From Octopus vulgaris (lineage: Eukaryota), in the NCBI GenBank assembly GCA_951406725.2, contig OX597833.1, positions 52,700,001 through 52,764,000 of the forward strand: 64,000 nucleotides of DNA. Direction: 5' to 3'. Under the pieces are notes generated by a model. It was not told the origin of the DNA. It ran no database searches and saw only the letters and a list, made by a program, of their open reading frames with translations. Position 1 is the stretch's first letter, and the number at the start of each line of letters is the position of its first letter. Position numbers and translations under genes: made by a program. This document shows, piece after piece, positions 13,148 to 27,904 of this stretch.

Positions 13148-13351
13148 CGAGAGGGTGTTGAAAGTTCCTGGTTTTAATGATATCGCGAAAAGCCTATTTG
13201 GAGGCCCAAACTTCCGAGTTTTTTTTACACGGTTAAGAAAAACTTAAGGACAGCTGCAATTTGAGAAAGGAATATGTTGAATAAAATCATAATTAACAGA
13301 TTCTCCTGTATTTTCTTTTACCTAAGACCATATTTTTTTCACACACCTTCG
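13148..13351. mobile_element. mariner-type MITE, about 200 bp
   Basis: TA|CGAGAGGGTGTTGAAAG ... TTTTCACACACCTTCG|TA, with imperfect TIRs and TA flanks. Homologous to 12902-13108 and 31409-31599. Confidence 0.8.
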
Positions 13352-13683
13352 TATATATAAACGTCTGCTTATAAGAGATAAATGGTTGTTTATTTATCAT
13401 GTTAATGTACAGGTATGTGTACAGGTATGTGTACAGGTATGTGTGTTGAGGTTTGCCCGTTCGTCTGTGTGAGCTTGTATGTCTATGCGCGTGTCTATCT
13501 ATGTATGTACGTGTGTGCATATGTATCTGTGAGTATGTGTACTTATCTATATTTGTATATGTGTCTTCGTGACCATGCGTATCTGTGTGTGTTTGTGTGT
13601 GCATATGTATGTGTGTGCATATGTATATGTGAGCATGTGTATTTATCTATATTTGTATATGTGTCTTCATGACCATGCGTGTC

Positions 13684-13748
<65 letters not shown>

Positions 13749-14159
13749 CTGTTGTTGCTTTTGCGTGTTAAGGTACAATCAGCGTGTGAATGTGTGTTTA
13801 CGTGCGCGTATGTGTGTGTCTGTGTATGCATGTGTGTTTGCGCATGCATGTGTATCTGCATGTGCACGTACGTTTGTGTGCGCATCTGTGTCGCCGTGCG
13901 CATGTGCATGTGCGTGCGTACACCGGATGTAAGCATCGCATGTATGTATGTATGTATGTATGTATGTATGTATGTATACAGGCCTAATATCGAAATAGAA
14001 ATAAGTGCATATGATCTTAGGTGTATAATATGGAATGCATAAGTATGTTTGCATCATTATAACTGCGAATAATGGCTTTTCGTAACATAAACTCATGCGC
14101 GCATGCGCGCACACACACACATATGTATGAGTACATGCCTGAGTAAATGCGTATGTGTA

Positions 14160-14205
<46 letters not shown>

Positions 14206-14374
14206 TGCGTTTCTCCGCCTGTGTGTCCTACAGAAGGAAATTTCCTACCGAACGAGGAGAGATATTGGCGTGATTAACATTTCACTTTACAGCACAATCG
14301 TTTGCACAACAACAATAAAAACGTGAATAACTTACAAGGCCACCACCGCCACCACCACCAACAGCAACGGTAGC

Positions 14375-14411
<37 letters not shown>

Positions 14412-14556
14412 GTAATAGTAATAGTAATAATAATGATGATGATGATGATGATAATAATAATCATGATAATGATAATAATAATGATAATAATAATAATAAT
14501 AATATTATAATAATAATAATAATAATGATGATGATAATAATAATAATAATAATGAT

Positions 14557-14590
<34 letters not shown>

Positions 14591-14655
14591 CAATAATAAT
14601 AATAATAATAAAACAATAATAATAATTATAATGATAATAATAATAATAAAACAAC

Positions 14656-14690
<35 letters not shown>

Positions 14691-14691
14691 T

Positions 14692-14790
<99 letters not shown>

Positions 14791-14830
14791 AGTAATAATA
14801 ATAATGATGATGATAATAATAATAATAATG
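14375..14830. repeat. Long imperfect (AAT)n tract
   Basis: Directly visible. Confidence 0.95.
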
Positions 14831-14937
14831 CGCAGATACAGGCAAGAAGAATCTGGTTTTAATTTATTTCAGCTTCCAACCATTCAATTCTCTGTGAATA
14901 AACACTGGATTTCTCTATTTTCTATTAACTGCACAGA

Positions 14938-15017
<80 letters not shown>

Positions 15018-15177
15018 ACACATATACACACACGCACACACACACAAATATTCACATATCACATCACATATTTATATGTATGCGTGTGTGTATATATATA
15101 TATGTGTACATATAGACTTATACATATGTGTACATATACTTATGTGTGTGTATTTATATATGCATGAATATATATGT

Positions 15178-15244
<67 letters not shown>

Positions 15245-15625
15245 AGAGAGAGAGAAAGCTATTTTTCAAAACGCACGTAAAAATGAAATTTTATTTTCTT
15301 CAACCAAGTCTCTTCGACAGATGCAGAAATTATAGCAAAATTCGCGGAAAGGCGAACGTTCTCACAGAAATTTTTTAATAAAACACGATCTAAAAAATGA
15401 GTACGTTATTTCTTATATAATATCAAATAAACAATATTAAGCGCCATCAATTTGGGGCAATATTATGCAAGAAATTTATATTCCAAGATGACTCCGAGTT
15501 TCGAATACTGGCTATAGATTTTTACTGCTTGCATGAAGCAAATGTTCCTATTTTTACAGTACAGGCCAATGCAAAGAGATGGAAACGTCTATGACTTTTT
15601 CAGGCTTTGTATGGAAGGTAGTATA

Positions 15626-15965
15626 AAGGCGGCAATCTGGCAGAAACGTTAGCGCGCCAGGCGAAATGCGTAGCCGTATTTCGTCTGCCGTTACGTTCTG
15701 AGTTCAAATTCCGCCGAGGTCGACTTTGCCTTTCATCCTTTCGGGGTCGATAAATTAAGTATCAGTTACGCACTGGGGTCGATGTAATCGACTTAATCCG
15801 TTTGTCTGTCCTTGTTTGTCCCCTCTGTGTTTAGCCCCTTGTGGGTAGTAAAGAAATAGAAACGTTAGCACGCCGGAGAAAATGTTATATGGTAATTCTT
15901 CTGGATCTTTACATTGTGGTTTCAAATCCGGCTGAAGTCGGAGTCGATGAAATAAAGCACCAATT
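15626..15965 (+). mobile_element. SINE family B (tail A), full length to about 15858, followed by an older degenerate partial unit
   Basis: Complete head, core and tail. After AAAGAAATA the sequence continues with GAAACGTTAGCACGCCGG of a second unit. Confidence 0.85.
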
Positions 15966-16734
15966 TAGAAGCAGGGCCTACGAAATGAACTAATCCCTTC
16001 CAAGCATTTTGAATATAACATTTGGAACAATAGCGAAAGGAAAGTGTAAAAACTTTCCCTAGTGTTGTGATGGTGAGACAGAAAGATGGTAATTGTCTGT
16101 TTGAGAAACACTGGTCTAGACACGTCTGTGCATGTTTGTGTATATGTGTGTATGTGTCTACATTCATATATATATATATATAAGAAAAATTGGTAGCTTA
16201 GTTCTCTGAGATTGATCAAATGATGTAGACAAATCTGCCGAGAACTCGAAAACAAATTGAGACAGTTCATCATCGTATTCAATCTACGAAGACAGTGAAA
16301 TTTGCCATATATGTATACCGCAAGATCAACACTGATCAAGCGGTCTTATGGTCATTATGGTCAAGAATATTTTAGCCGTAATAGTCACCACTGTATACGT
16401 CTTTCAGGTAATGCATTATTGCTCTGGATCTGCGTCCAGTTGGTACTTATTTTATCGATTCCGTCAGGGATTGAAGGCAAGGTCGAACGATTACCAAAGT
16501 CAGAATAATCGTCATTAAAGCATTTTTTCCAACAGTTTAACAATTTTCCTAATCTTCCAAAACCATTTACTGATGCCGATCGCCCGTCCCATGACGATGA
16601 AGGGTAAAATTGATCTGATTGGAATTTGAACTCTGTTATAGAGCCTTGCTTCGGTTGAGATTAAATAATATAAATTTGTCCTATTGTAAAAAAAACATTC
16701 TGTTTGGGTCAACAGAAATAAACGAAATAAATAT

Positions 16735-16920
16735 CGCTTTCAAATTTTAGCCCAAGACCAGCCATTTCGAGGGAGGGTGTAAGTCGATCACATCGACCCA
16801 AGTCTTCAACTGGTACTTATTTTATCAACCCCGAAAGGGATAAAAAGGTAAAGTGAACCCCGGCAGAATTTGAACTCAGAAAGTAACGGTGTGCTAACGA
16901 TTCTACCAGGTCGCCGCTTA
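16735..16920 (-). mobile_element. SINE family B (tail B), old copy
   Basis: GTCGATCACATCGACCC and GAATTTGAACTCAGAA motifs. Confidence 0.65.
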
Positions 16921-17153
16921 TATTAACCATTATCAGGATATTAGTGGTGTGATTTATTAGTAAGACATATGCACCAATCAGAGCAAGGGATTCATTCAGT
17001 GCTGTAACTAATATATCTGGTCAGCCGAAGAGCGTTCCCTAAAAGTTGCTCTTAAAGACCTCCCAGACGCAAGAGGAGAAAGAAGAAAGAAGAAATACGT
17101 AATATAAACAGTCGCGGTCGTGTACACACATACACATACATATACACTCACAT

Positions 17154-17231
<78 letters not shown>

Positions 17232-17554
17232 ATTTATATGTATATGTATATGCACATACATACGCACACACAAGTATATATAATTATGATCATACATACA
17301 TGGATAGACAATACATGTATGTATACGCAGATATATATATATAATTTTAGAATATATATACATGCTTCTCTTTGGAATATATATATATATATATAATTAC
17401 ATATTTATATATAAATATATACACACGTGTTTTGCTCTTCCATTCTTTGTAGCCTTTTCACTCTCTGTCTATTTGTCTGTCTCTATGTCTCCTATCTCTT
17501 TCTCTCTCTCTTTCTCGACATTTGACATATATACAAAAATACACAAATACACAG

Positions 17555-17594
<40 letters not shown>

Positions 17595-18088
17595 TTATAT
17601 ATATATATATCTACAGACACACGTACCTACATACATTCATACATATATACATACATACAAGTATCCATCCATCCATTCCTACATATATATATATATATAT
17701 ATATGCATACATACATACATACATACATACATACATTCATACATACATATATACATACATACATACATACATACATACATTCATACATACACACATACAT
17801 ACACACACAAGCGCACACATATCACAACCATATTAACACATACCAACATACTCAGACACCGTGTAAGGCGATAGGGAGAGGCCTTTAACAAGGAATTACC
17901 GAAAGTTTGTGACACTCCATGAACTTCGCTGTACCAAATGGCATGGAAGGCCACCACGTGAGCAGAGCTTGGAAAACAATACACACACAGTCTGTACATA
18001 TAGAATGGATGAACATTGCTCAGATAAGCTAAATACATCCAATATGGTGTCTGTATGCAAGTGTATACAGACACACATACACACATAA

Positions 18089-18136
<48 letters not shown>

Positions 18137-18156
18137 ACACATATATATGTATATAT

Positions 18157-18219
<63 letters not shown>

Positions 18220-18245
18220 TATGTATATATACACATATAAATATA

Positions 18246-18327
<82 letters not shown>

Positions 18328-18548
18328 TGAATGTGTATGACTATATGTGTGTGACAATTTATCTGTATGATAAATTTTTTGTGCTTCTTTTAATGCTTTT
18401 TGGGAATATGTGGATGTTTCTATTCAACACACGCACACACATACACACACACTCACACACACTCACACACACTCACAGATACACACATATATTATGTATA
18501 CTTGCATATATCACACGAATATAGATGCAAACATAATACACAAGTATA

Positions 18549-18587
<39 letters not shown>

Positions 18588-18731
18588 GTGTGTGTGAGTG
18601 TGTATGCATATATATGTATGTATATGTACATATATACATGCATACATATACATATATATATATAAATATACATATACATATGTGTGTGTGTATACACACA
18701 AACAGACAAACACGTACGCAATTATAAATAG

Positions 18732-18820
<89 letters not shown>

Positions 18821-18865
18821 TATGTGTATATAGATATATAGATATATATCTATATACATATATAT

Positions 18866-18900
<35 letters not shown>

Positions 18901-19030
18901 CATTTATATATATATACATACATATATACATACATACAGACAGACAGACACACATATGAATGTATATATATTTTTTCTTTACATACCATCACTTTTATCT
19001 ATAGAAAAATATGTAACACGTATATATATA

Positions 19031-19098
<68 letters not shown>

Positions 19099-19818
19099 TT
19101 TGTGCGCGCGGATGAGTGGATGGGTTGGTGCGATTCTGTTTGGGTCAACTCACAATAAAATGATTTATCAGTTAAATCAGAACGTTCCATTCTAAGCTTG
19201 CTCCCTGAACCAAGCTGTTGAGTGATGTGTTTGTTTCCAGACTGTTCCACAACGGTCCTCTCTCAAAATATACAAATGGTGTATGAAATCTGAGATCTCT
19301 ATGGCCGAACTGTTTAGTACATTCGTTGTGGTAGTTTAAAAAATATCAACACACACAAAAACACACGCTCACACATACACACACATATCTGTATGTGATA
19401 TACATATGTTGATTACATATATTTGTGCGTGCCTGTATACAGTATGACACATATATATGTATACACACACACACACACAAACACCTACACACACATATAT
19501 ATATAGAGATATACGTATATACATATATATATATATATATATACATACATATATATATATATGCATACAGATATATGAATATACATATATATATATATGT
19601 GTGTGTGTATATGTGTATTATATATGTATAAGCATGCATATATACACACATACACACACACGCATACACTCACATAGGTATACACACAAACACATACACA
19701 TAAATACACACCGATATGTCATGAATAGAAGAGCGTATTTCGGTGCAAAAAGTTGACAAGGGAACTCCATGTATTGAGGACATATAACATTCAATTATCC
19801 CGAATCTATAGCTATCTG

Positions 19819-19933
<115 letters not shown>

Positions 19934-20007
19934 GCATATACATACATATATATGTATATATACATACACATATATATATGTATACATATATATATACACA
20001 CACTCAT

Positions 20008-20044
<37 letters not shown>

Positions 20045-20058
20045 CACACACACATACA

Positions 20059-21325
20059 TAGAGGGGTTGGACAAAATAATGAAAACACCTAGCATCATAG
20101 CATCATAATTTTGAAATATTTATTAATCAGTCAAAAACTTGTTTATTTTTTATGTATTTTGATTTATTATTAGTGTTGCTTAATATGTTTTGCTAAAATT
20201 GTTATTTCTTTTCAGATATCATCAGAAAAAGGTAATTAAAATTCATTAAAATTACAGATCTATCGGACTTTCATGGAGGTCAAATTGTTCGCAGCTCGTG
20301 TGGCAAGCACTAGCGTAACGAAAACAGCCGAAAAGTTTGGTGTATCAAGAAGTACTGTATCGAAAGTAATGACAGCCTTTGAGAGAGAGGGAAAAACCTC
20401 CTTGTCGAAACAAAAATCCGCAAGAAAATCAAAACTTTCAGATAGGGACCGTCGGATTCTTACGCGAATTGTTAGAAAGGATCACAAAAGTACAGCTCCC
20501 AAAATTACTGCAGAGGTTAATGACCACCTCGAGAAACCAGTTTCCACTAAAAATTTTCACCGGGAATTGCACAAATCTACTTTTCACGGTAGGGCTGCTT
20601 TCAGATAACCACTACTTTCAAGAACAAACGCTGCAAAGTGTTTAGATAGGTGTAAAAACCTATAGAATTTGGTTCCTGGAGCAGTAGAAGAATGTTATTT
20701 TCTCGGACGAGTCGTCCTTCACCTTATTTCCGACCACCAGTCGAGTATACGTGTGGAGACAGCCAAAAGAGGTATTTGACCCAGACTGCTTTCGTCCAAC
20801 GGTTAAACAATGGATGATCAGTGATGATCTGTGGGCTGGGCTATATCTTGGAAATCCGCCAGCCCAATGGTTTCCGTTCACAGCAGAGTTAAAAGTTAAG
20901 ACTGTTTAAGCATTTTATCTGATCAAATTCCTATGGTTGCAGAACTGTTTCCGGAGAGAAACGCAATATTTCAGGATGATAATGCACCAATTCACAGAGC
21001 TACTGAATGGCGCGAGGAACATTCTAATTAAGTTGAACATCTTATCTGGCCACCCCAGTCGCCAGATCTCAACATTATTGAACATTTATGGTGCATTTTA
21101 GAAAAACAAGCAAGGAGTCGATATCCTCTGCCATCATCACTACAAGAATTGGAGACTTTTCAGCTGAAGAATTGACAAAAATTCTTTTGGAAACAATTCA
21201 AACTTTGTACGAGTTCATACCTCGTAGAATTCACGGTGTAATTACTGCCAAAGGCGGCCCTGAACCATATTAAAGTTAATTCGTTTGAAATTTAAAGGTG
21301 CTTCCATTATTTTGCCCAACCTCTG
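20059..21325 (+). mobile_element. Full-length Tc1-like (DD34E) DNA transposon with a decayed transposase
   Basis: About 29-bp TIRs (AGAGGGGTTGGACAAAATAATGAAAACACC / GGTGCTTCCATTATTTTGCCCAACCTCTG|TA). Frameshifted segments encode the paired-like HTH (SVTKTAEKFGVSRSTVSKVM), VIFSDES, IFQDDNAPIH, WPPQSPDLNIIEHLW and IPRRI..VITAKGG. Confidence 0.95.
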
Positions 21326-21400
<75 letters not shown>

Positions 21401-21440
21401 ATGTATGTATGTATGTATGTATGTATGTATGTATGTATGT

Positions 21441-21766
21441 ACTTATTTAATCGACCCCAAAAGGATGAAAGGCAAAGTCGACCTAGGCGGGATTTGAACT
21501 CAGAACATAGCGGCAGACAAAATATCTATTTCTATTTCTTTACTACCCACAAGGGGCTAAACACAGAGAGGACAAACAAGGACAGACAAACGGATTAAGT
21601 CGATTATATCGACCCCAGTGCGTAACTGGTACTTAATTTATCGACCCCGAAAGGATGAAAGGCAAAGTCGACCTCGACGGAATTTGAACTCAGAACGTAA
21701 CGGCAGACGAAATACAGCTACGCATTTCGCCCGACGTGCTACCGTTTCTGCTAGCTCGCCGCCTTA
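21441..21766 (-). mobile_element. SINE family B: full unit plus a partial head-less unit
   Basis: The minus-strand junction AAAGAAATAGAAATA|GATATTTTGTCTGCC is equivalent to the GGTATTTCGTC junction. Confidence 0.85.
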
Positions 21767-22356
21767 TATACGAGTAGGTATATAATATCATTGGTAGGTT
21801 TTGTTTAATTGACTGCGAAACAGAATCCTCTCTAACCAGTTCTAGCGATAGTTGAACGTAGAACTAAGAATGGATTAAAGATTAAGTTTTATCGTCTTCA
21901 AAGCTGAAAATCTCGATATGATATCTGTAAGTATAGAAACGTAATACTCTAGCACTGAATTACCGTGTTGTCCAAATTAGGAAACAATTGCAAATAACTA
22001 CGAATGAGTATAATGATTCGAATTCTCAGAAGATGTTTCTTCATCGAAGTACGTGGTAGATACATCATCAGTTCATGGATGAATGCTTTTTCAGTGCTGC
22101 CTGCCTACATTTCAGTCAACCATATCTAACAATGAACTGAACTTGTTCTGAAACTGTCAGTAGTAATTTGACCGGCATGTAACTTTATTTTCAACGATTT
22201 AGCAATATGATATAATAGAGCGTGCATTCTCCGATTTTGAGCTGTGCATGTGTATGTGTGTGTGTGCGCGTGTGTGTGTGCGTGCGTGTGTGTGCGTGTG
22301 TGTGTGTGTGCGTGTGTGTGTGTTTGTGTGTGTGTGTCTGTGCACACAGAATATTT

Positions 22357-22396
<40 letters not shown>

Positions 22397-22437
22397 ACAT
22401 ATGCATATATGTATGTATATATTGCATATATCATTAT

Positions 22438-22514
<77 letters not shown>

Positions 22515-22539
22515 CAGACGGACGGATGGATAGACAGAC

Positions 22540-22601
<62 letters not shown>

Positions 22602-22619
22602 GATAGATACGATAGATAC

Positions 22620-22681
<62 letters not shown>

Positions 22682-23054
22682 GAGGGGCGGTCATAGAGTA
22701 GACAGATATCTAGAGAAACACACATACATATGAATATGCGTGTGTGTGTGTGCGTGCAGTTGTGTGTGTATGTGTCTGCGCGTGTATACATATGCAAAGA
22801 CACATATGTACGCATGCACACATATATAATTACTTGTGTGTATGTTTGCTTGTGCGTTATGTGGAATAGTAATTAGGGCGCACACCGTGCTGTTACCTCT
22901 GAGAAAGCGAGAACTCAGGACGTTTGTAGAGTAAAGATTTATTGGGGAGAATTAGAACGTTTAAAGCTTAACGGTTGACGAATAGTTTTATCCTGAGCAA
23001 GCGATGCGCAGAAAAGTCTATGGTCACTCGGGAATCATTATCTTGATTATTTCT

Positions 23055-23126
<72 letters not shown>

Positions 23127-23161
23127 CTCTCTCACTCTCCTCCCTCTCTCTCTATACATAT

Positions 23162-23463
23162 GTGGAGGCGCAATGGCCCAGTGGTTGGGGCAGCGGACTC
23201 GCGATACTAGGATCGCGGTTTCGATTCCCAGTCCAGGCGTTGTGAGTGTTTATGGAGCGAAAACAACACCTAAAGCTCCACAATGTTCCGGCAGGGGGTG
23301 GTGGTGATCCCTGCTGTACTCTTTCGCCACAACTTTCTCTCACTCTATCTTCTCTTGGCCTGCTCGCTTAGCCAGCGAGGTGGCGTCATCTGAAGGCTAA
23401 AACAATGCGAAGCGCATTGTGACCAGCGATGTGTAGCAACATCTGCTAGGCTGGTCGGTCACG

Positions 23464-23468
<5 letters not shown>
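23162..23468 (+). mobile_element. SINE family C (tRNA-Arg-like head; possibly an octopus OR-type SINE), full length
   Basis: A-box TGGCCCAGTGG, anticodon-like CTCGC and B-box GGTTTCGATTCC. Five copies in the window. The family name is from recall and is unverified. Confidence 0.85.
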
Positions 23469-23531
<63 letters not shown>

Positions 23532-23611
23532 TTAATGTACATTTAAACACAAAAGAGGTGAGCCTTAACAGGTCACCTTACACACTAGAAGGCGCAGTCA
23601 ATATATATCTG

Positions 23612-23900
23612 TGTATATATGGGTACAGAACGCCACCAACAGTAAACAACATGAAGTACGAAATACAAATGAGTTAAATATGCAAATAATGCGACAGAGA
23701 GAAAATGGGCAAGTAATACAAAGAATGACCATTCATCAGTTGCCGGCTGTCTATCTACTCCTCATTTCGAGCATTGAACAACAATGTGAGTCTTCGAAGA
23801 CAGTTGCTCCCATAAACTCTAAAATAAGATTTAGTATTTATGGCGGATCAAAGTTAGGAACAAAAACAGGACAGTGGAAGTATACAGGGAAACCGAACGA
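23612..23900 (-). repeat. Unclassified dispersed repeat (family G)
   Basis: Homologous to 42132-42330 (TC(A/G)TCAGTTG.CGGCTGTCTAT.TACTCCT.ATTTCGA...CTAAAATAA.ATTTAG.ATTTATGG.GG.TCAAAGTT). Confidence 0.6.
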
Positions 23901-23906
23901 AATTAC

Positions 23907-23969
<63 letters not shown>

Positions 23970-23970
23970 T

Positions 23971-24546
23971 TAGAGAGGGAAGTGCTGTCCGATAGCAAAT
24001 TTAATGAAAGGTGGATAAATGTCGCAAGAATGGCCAGTATGAAAGGAGCCATTCTGAGAATACACCTGTAATTTGAAAAGGTATTACAAAAGGAGAAAGG
24101 GGCTCCCTACCCCCCCCCCCATTTTTTTACTAGGCTCCCGTTGGCTGTTATGGGTTTTTCCACCAGGAACCTTTCGTAACGCCTCCCCCTATTGGGAGTT
24201 TTTCGTTGTTATATTTTCGTTGATAAACTGCTTTTTTTACTCGGATTTTACAAACGGACAAAACCCTTTGTAACCGTTCGTCCTGTTTTGTCCCTTTATG
24301 TGATAATTGGTTTTTGTCAGCCCTTATTCTTTACTCTTTTACTTGTTTCAGTCATTTGACTGCGGCCATGCTGGAGCACCGCCTTTAGTCGAACAACTCG
24401 ACCCCGGGACTTATTCTTTTGTAAGCCCAGTACTTATTCTATCGGTCTCTTTTGCCGAACCGCTAAGTGACGGGGACATAAACACACCAGCATCGGTTGT
24501 CAAGCAATGCTAGGGGACAAACACAAACACACAAACACACACACGC

Positions 24547-24577
<31 letters not shown>

Positions 24578-24703
24578 CGACAGGCTTCTTTCAGTTTCCA
24601 TCTACCAAATCCACTCACAAGGTTTTGGTCGGCCCGAGGCTATAGTAGAAGATGCTTGCCCAAGGTGCCACGCGGTGGGACTGAACCTGGCCAATAAAAG
24701 AAT
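23971..24703 (+). mobile_element. 3' end of a sister Tx1-like LINE embedded in (TTA)n, with its tail split by a SINE A
   Basis: Encodes EREVLSDSKFNERWINVARMASMKGAILRIHL*, versus ERQVLSSECFK/KRWVNVARMARMNDEATLSIVL* in copy 2. The tail reads CAGCCCT|SINE|TGGCCAATAAAAGAA. (TTA)n lies at 23902-23968 and 24705-24746. Confidence 0.8.
24326..24687 (-). mobile_element. SINE family A, slightly 5'-truncated, nested in the LINE tail
   Basis: High similarity to 27126-27537. Confidence 0.9.
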
Positions 24704-24705
24704 TA

Positions 24706-24746
<41 letters not shown>

Positions 24747-25262
24747 GAGTTTCTTCTGCTTTACCAGAAATAGTTTTGATATATCCCATATGTGGCGAAC
24801 TGTTACGATGGCCATATTTCAATACGCTCTGCAGCACACGGCACATTAACACATACAGATGCACACGTGTACGTATTTGAGAGTAATTCTACACGTGGTA
24901 GATTATGCGCATATGTTTACGTATTGAGTGCCTGTATGTGTGTGCCTGTGCATGTGTGAAAGTATCCAACGTTTATAGCCACAATGCACCCATTTCTCTT
25001 TAAGAATAAAACATGACATTTTAAAGTATTTCTATTATATTTTAATCACGGCAACACGCTTACGCACACTGCAGGACGACGACACGTTCGCCATGCGCGC
25101 CTGCTATATGCATGTACGTATGTGGGTATGTATGTATGTATGTATGTATGTATGTATGTATGTACGTATGTATGTATGTATGTATGTATGTATGTATGTA
25201 TGTATGTATGTATGTATGTATGTGTGTATGTGTATGTGTGTGCGCGCCTGCATATATGTGTG

Positions 25263-25338
<76 letters not shown>

Positions 25339-25473
25339 TATATGTGTGCATATATATACATATATATATATATATGTGTGTGTGTGTATGTATATATATA
25401 CACAAACATATATATATATAAGTACATACCGGCATACATACATATATATAGATATATGTATACATACATATCT

Positions 25474-25533
<60 letters not shown>

Positions 25534-25540
<7 letters not shown>

Positions 25541-25828
25541 GGGACAAGAACGCAAAAGATCCGGACAACTAAGTGATACAAAAAGGGACAACAAAACATC
25601 CAGATAGACGATACAAAAAACAAAGACGGGTCATTCGAAGCTTTCTATCCTAACTCAAGAACCGGATCATCCTCGCAATTTCCGCGGATTATTCTTGAGA
25701 TTGCTCCAATCTGGTCAGCCCCTAAGGAAAGAAAGCTTCCTTGTTTTTTTGTTTTTTTTTGTATCGTCTAACTGGATGCTTTGTTGTCCCTTTTTGTATC
25801 ATTTAGTTGTCCGAATGTTTTGCGTTCT
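25534..25828. mobile_element. SINE family F 3' part plus an inverted copy of its tail
   Basis: 25534-25730 matches 62655-62855. 25738-25828 is the reverse complement of about 25546-25628. Confidence 0.7.
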
Positions 25829-26077
25829 TACCGCATTTTTGTGTGTGTGAGTGTATATATATATATATATATATACAGCGGCATACGTACACTTTGTTCT
25901 CTTATATATTTATATGTACATACATAAATATACATATATATCAATATAAATAAATATATATATATATACATATATATACTGTATATATATGTGTGTGTAT
26001 ATATATGTGTGTGTGTCTGTGTGTATGTATATATATATGTGTGTATATATATATATATATGTGTGTATATATATATG

Positions 26078-26149
<72 letters not shown>

Positions 26150-26486
26150 CGCCTGTTTATGGATATATATTTACATCCATGCATATGTGCATATGTACAT
26201 ATATGCGTATGTGTGTGTTCGCGCGTGATGTATGTGTGAGCGTGTGGGTGTCTGTATGCTTGTGTGTGTGTGTGTGTGTGTGTGTGCATGTGTGTATGTT
26301 GTATGCGTCTGTGTGTGCGCACGTGCATGTATGTATTTAACTAAGGTGATTGCAATTTGTAATGGTTGATTCCTGCGTACTTCCTCGTGACGTGCGGAGG
26401 TTATTTCTGTGAATATAAATACTCTGTACTTTGTGAGCATATGTACAAGCATGCGTATATGTATGAGTATATATCCATATATATAA

Positions 26487-26519
<33 letters not shown>

Positions 26520-26574
26520 CGTGCATAAATGTAATAGGATGCACATGGTGCAGTTTGGTATATCAAGAGTGATT

Positions 26575-26636
<62 letters not shown>

Positions 26637-26648
26637 ATGTATATATAT

Positions 26649-26679
<31 letters not shown>

Positions 26680-26698
26680 CATATATTTATATAGACAT

Positions 26699-26756
<58 letters not shown>

Positions 26757-26838
26757 TTATATATATATTCATATATACATACATATATATGATATATACA
26801 CACATACATACATACACACATACATACATACACACACA

Positions 26839-26881
<43 letters not shown>

Positions 26882-27125
26882 TCGAATACATATCATTCTA
26901 CTAATACATTGTATTATATAGGGTCATTTTGACACTGCTAATATTTGTATGACACAAGACGTATGATCTTCTATTTCAGAGATATATTCTTAGAAAATTA
27001 ATTACTGAGAACTTGTTTTGTGCATAAAAATAGCAATAGTTTACGGTGGTGATAATGTATTTCATACAACGATTATCAAATCGTTAAAGAGAAAATATAC
27101 AAATGGTGAGAAAAAAGCATTTGTA

Positions 27126-27537
27126 GGCGCAGGAGTGGCTGTGTGTTAAGTAGCTTGCTTACCAACCACATGGTTCCGGGTTCAGTCCCTCTGCGTGGCA
27201 CCTTGGGCAAGTGTCTTCTACTATAGCCTCGGCCCGACCAAAGCTTTGTGAGTGGATTTGGTAGATGGTAACTGAAAGAAGCCCATCGTATATATGTATA
27301 TATATATATATGTGTGTGCGTGTATGTTTGTGTGTCTGTGTTTGTCCCCCTAGCATTGCTTGACAACCGATGCTGGTGTGTTTATGTCCCCGTTACTTAG
27401 CGGTTCGGCCAAGAGACCGATAGAATAAGTTCTGGGCTTACAAAGAATAAGTCCCGGGGTCGAGTTGCTCGATTCAATGCGGTGCTCCAGCATGGCCGCA
27501 GTCAAATGACTGAAACAAGTAAAAGAGTAAAAGAGAG
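27126..27537 (+). mobile_element. SINE family A, full length
   Basis: Complete head-to-tail match to the other copies. Confidence 0.92.
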
Positions 27538-27554
27538 CCTGTGTTGAAAAATGA

Positions 27555-27875
27555 TTTCAAATTTTGGCCACAAGGGCGGCAATGTCAGGGAAAGATGTAA
27601 ATCCATTATTTCGATCCCAGTTCTCAACTGGTACTTATTTTATCAACCCCAAAATAATGAAAGGTAAAATCAATGTCCTTCTTTATGTTCTGAGTTCAAA
27701 TTCCGCCGAGGTTGACTTTACCTTACATCTTTCCGGGGTCGATGAAGTAATTATCGGTTGAGCACTAGGATCGATCTGAGCCACTTACACCCCCTCACCC
27801 CTGAAACGGCTAGCCTTATGCCCAAATTTGAAACCGACATTTTTGTTTGCTAAGGCGGCGAGCTGGCAGAATCGT
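27555..27875. mobile_element. Cluster of old SINE B fragments in both orientations
   Basis: Minus-strand tail and core at 27555-27675, plus-strand core and tail at 27680-27840, and a head at 27852. Confidence 0.6.
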
Positions 27876-27904
27876 TGTTTTTTTAATATTACAATCATCG
27901 TATA

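Noticed and set aside
17857-18055. Unique island as a coding exon
   Set aside because: All plus-strand frames stop early, the minus-strand frames give no recognisable protein, and I saw no convincing splice pair.
23162-23240. tRNA genes at SINE heads (also 12481, 15626, 30842, 63510)
   Set aside because: A and B boxes are present, but each continues into a multi-copy SINE body and lacks a complete acceptor stem or terminator.
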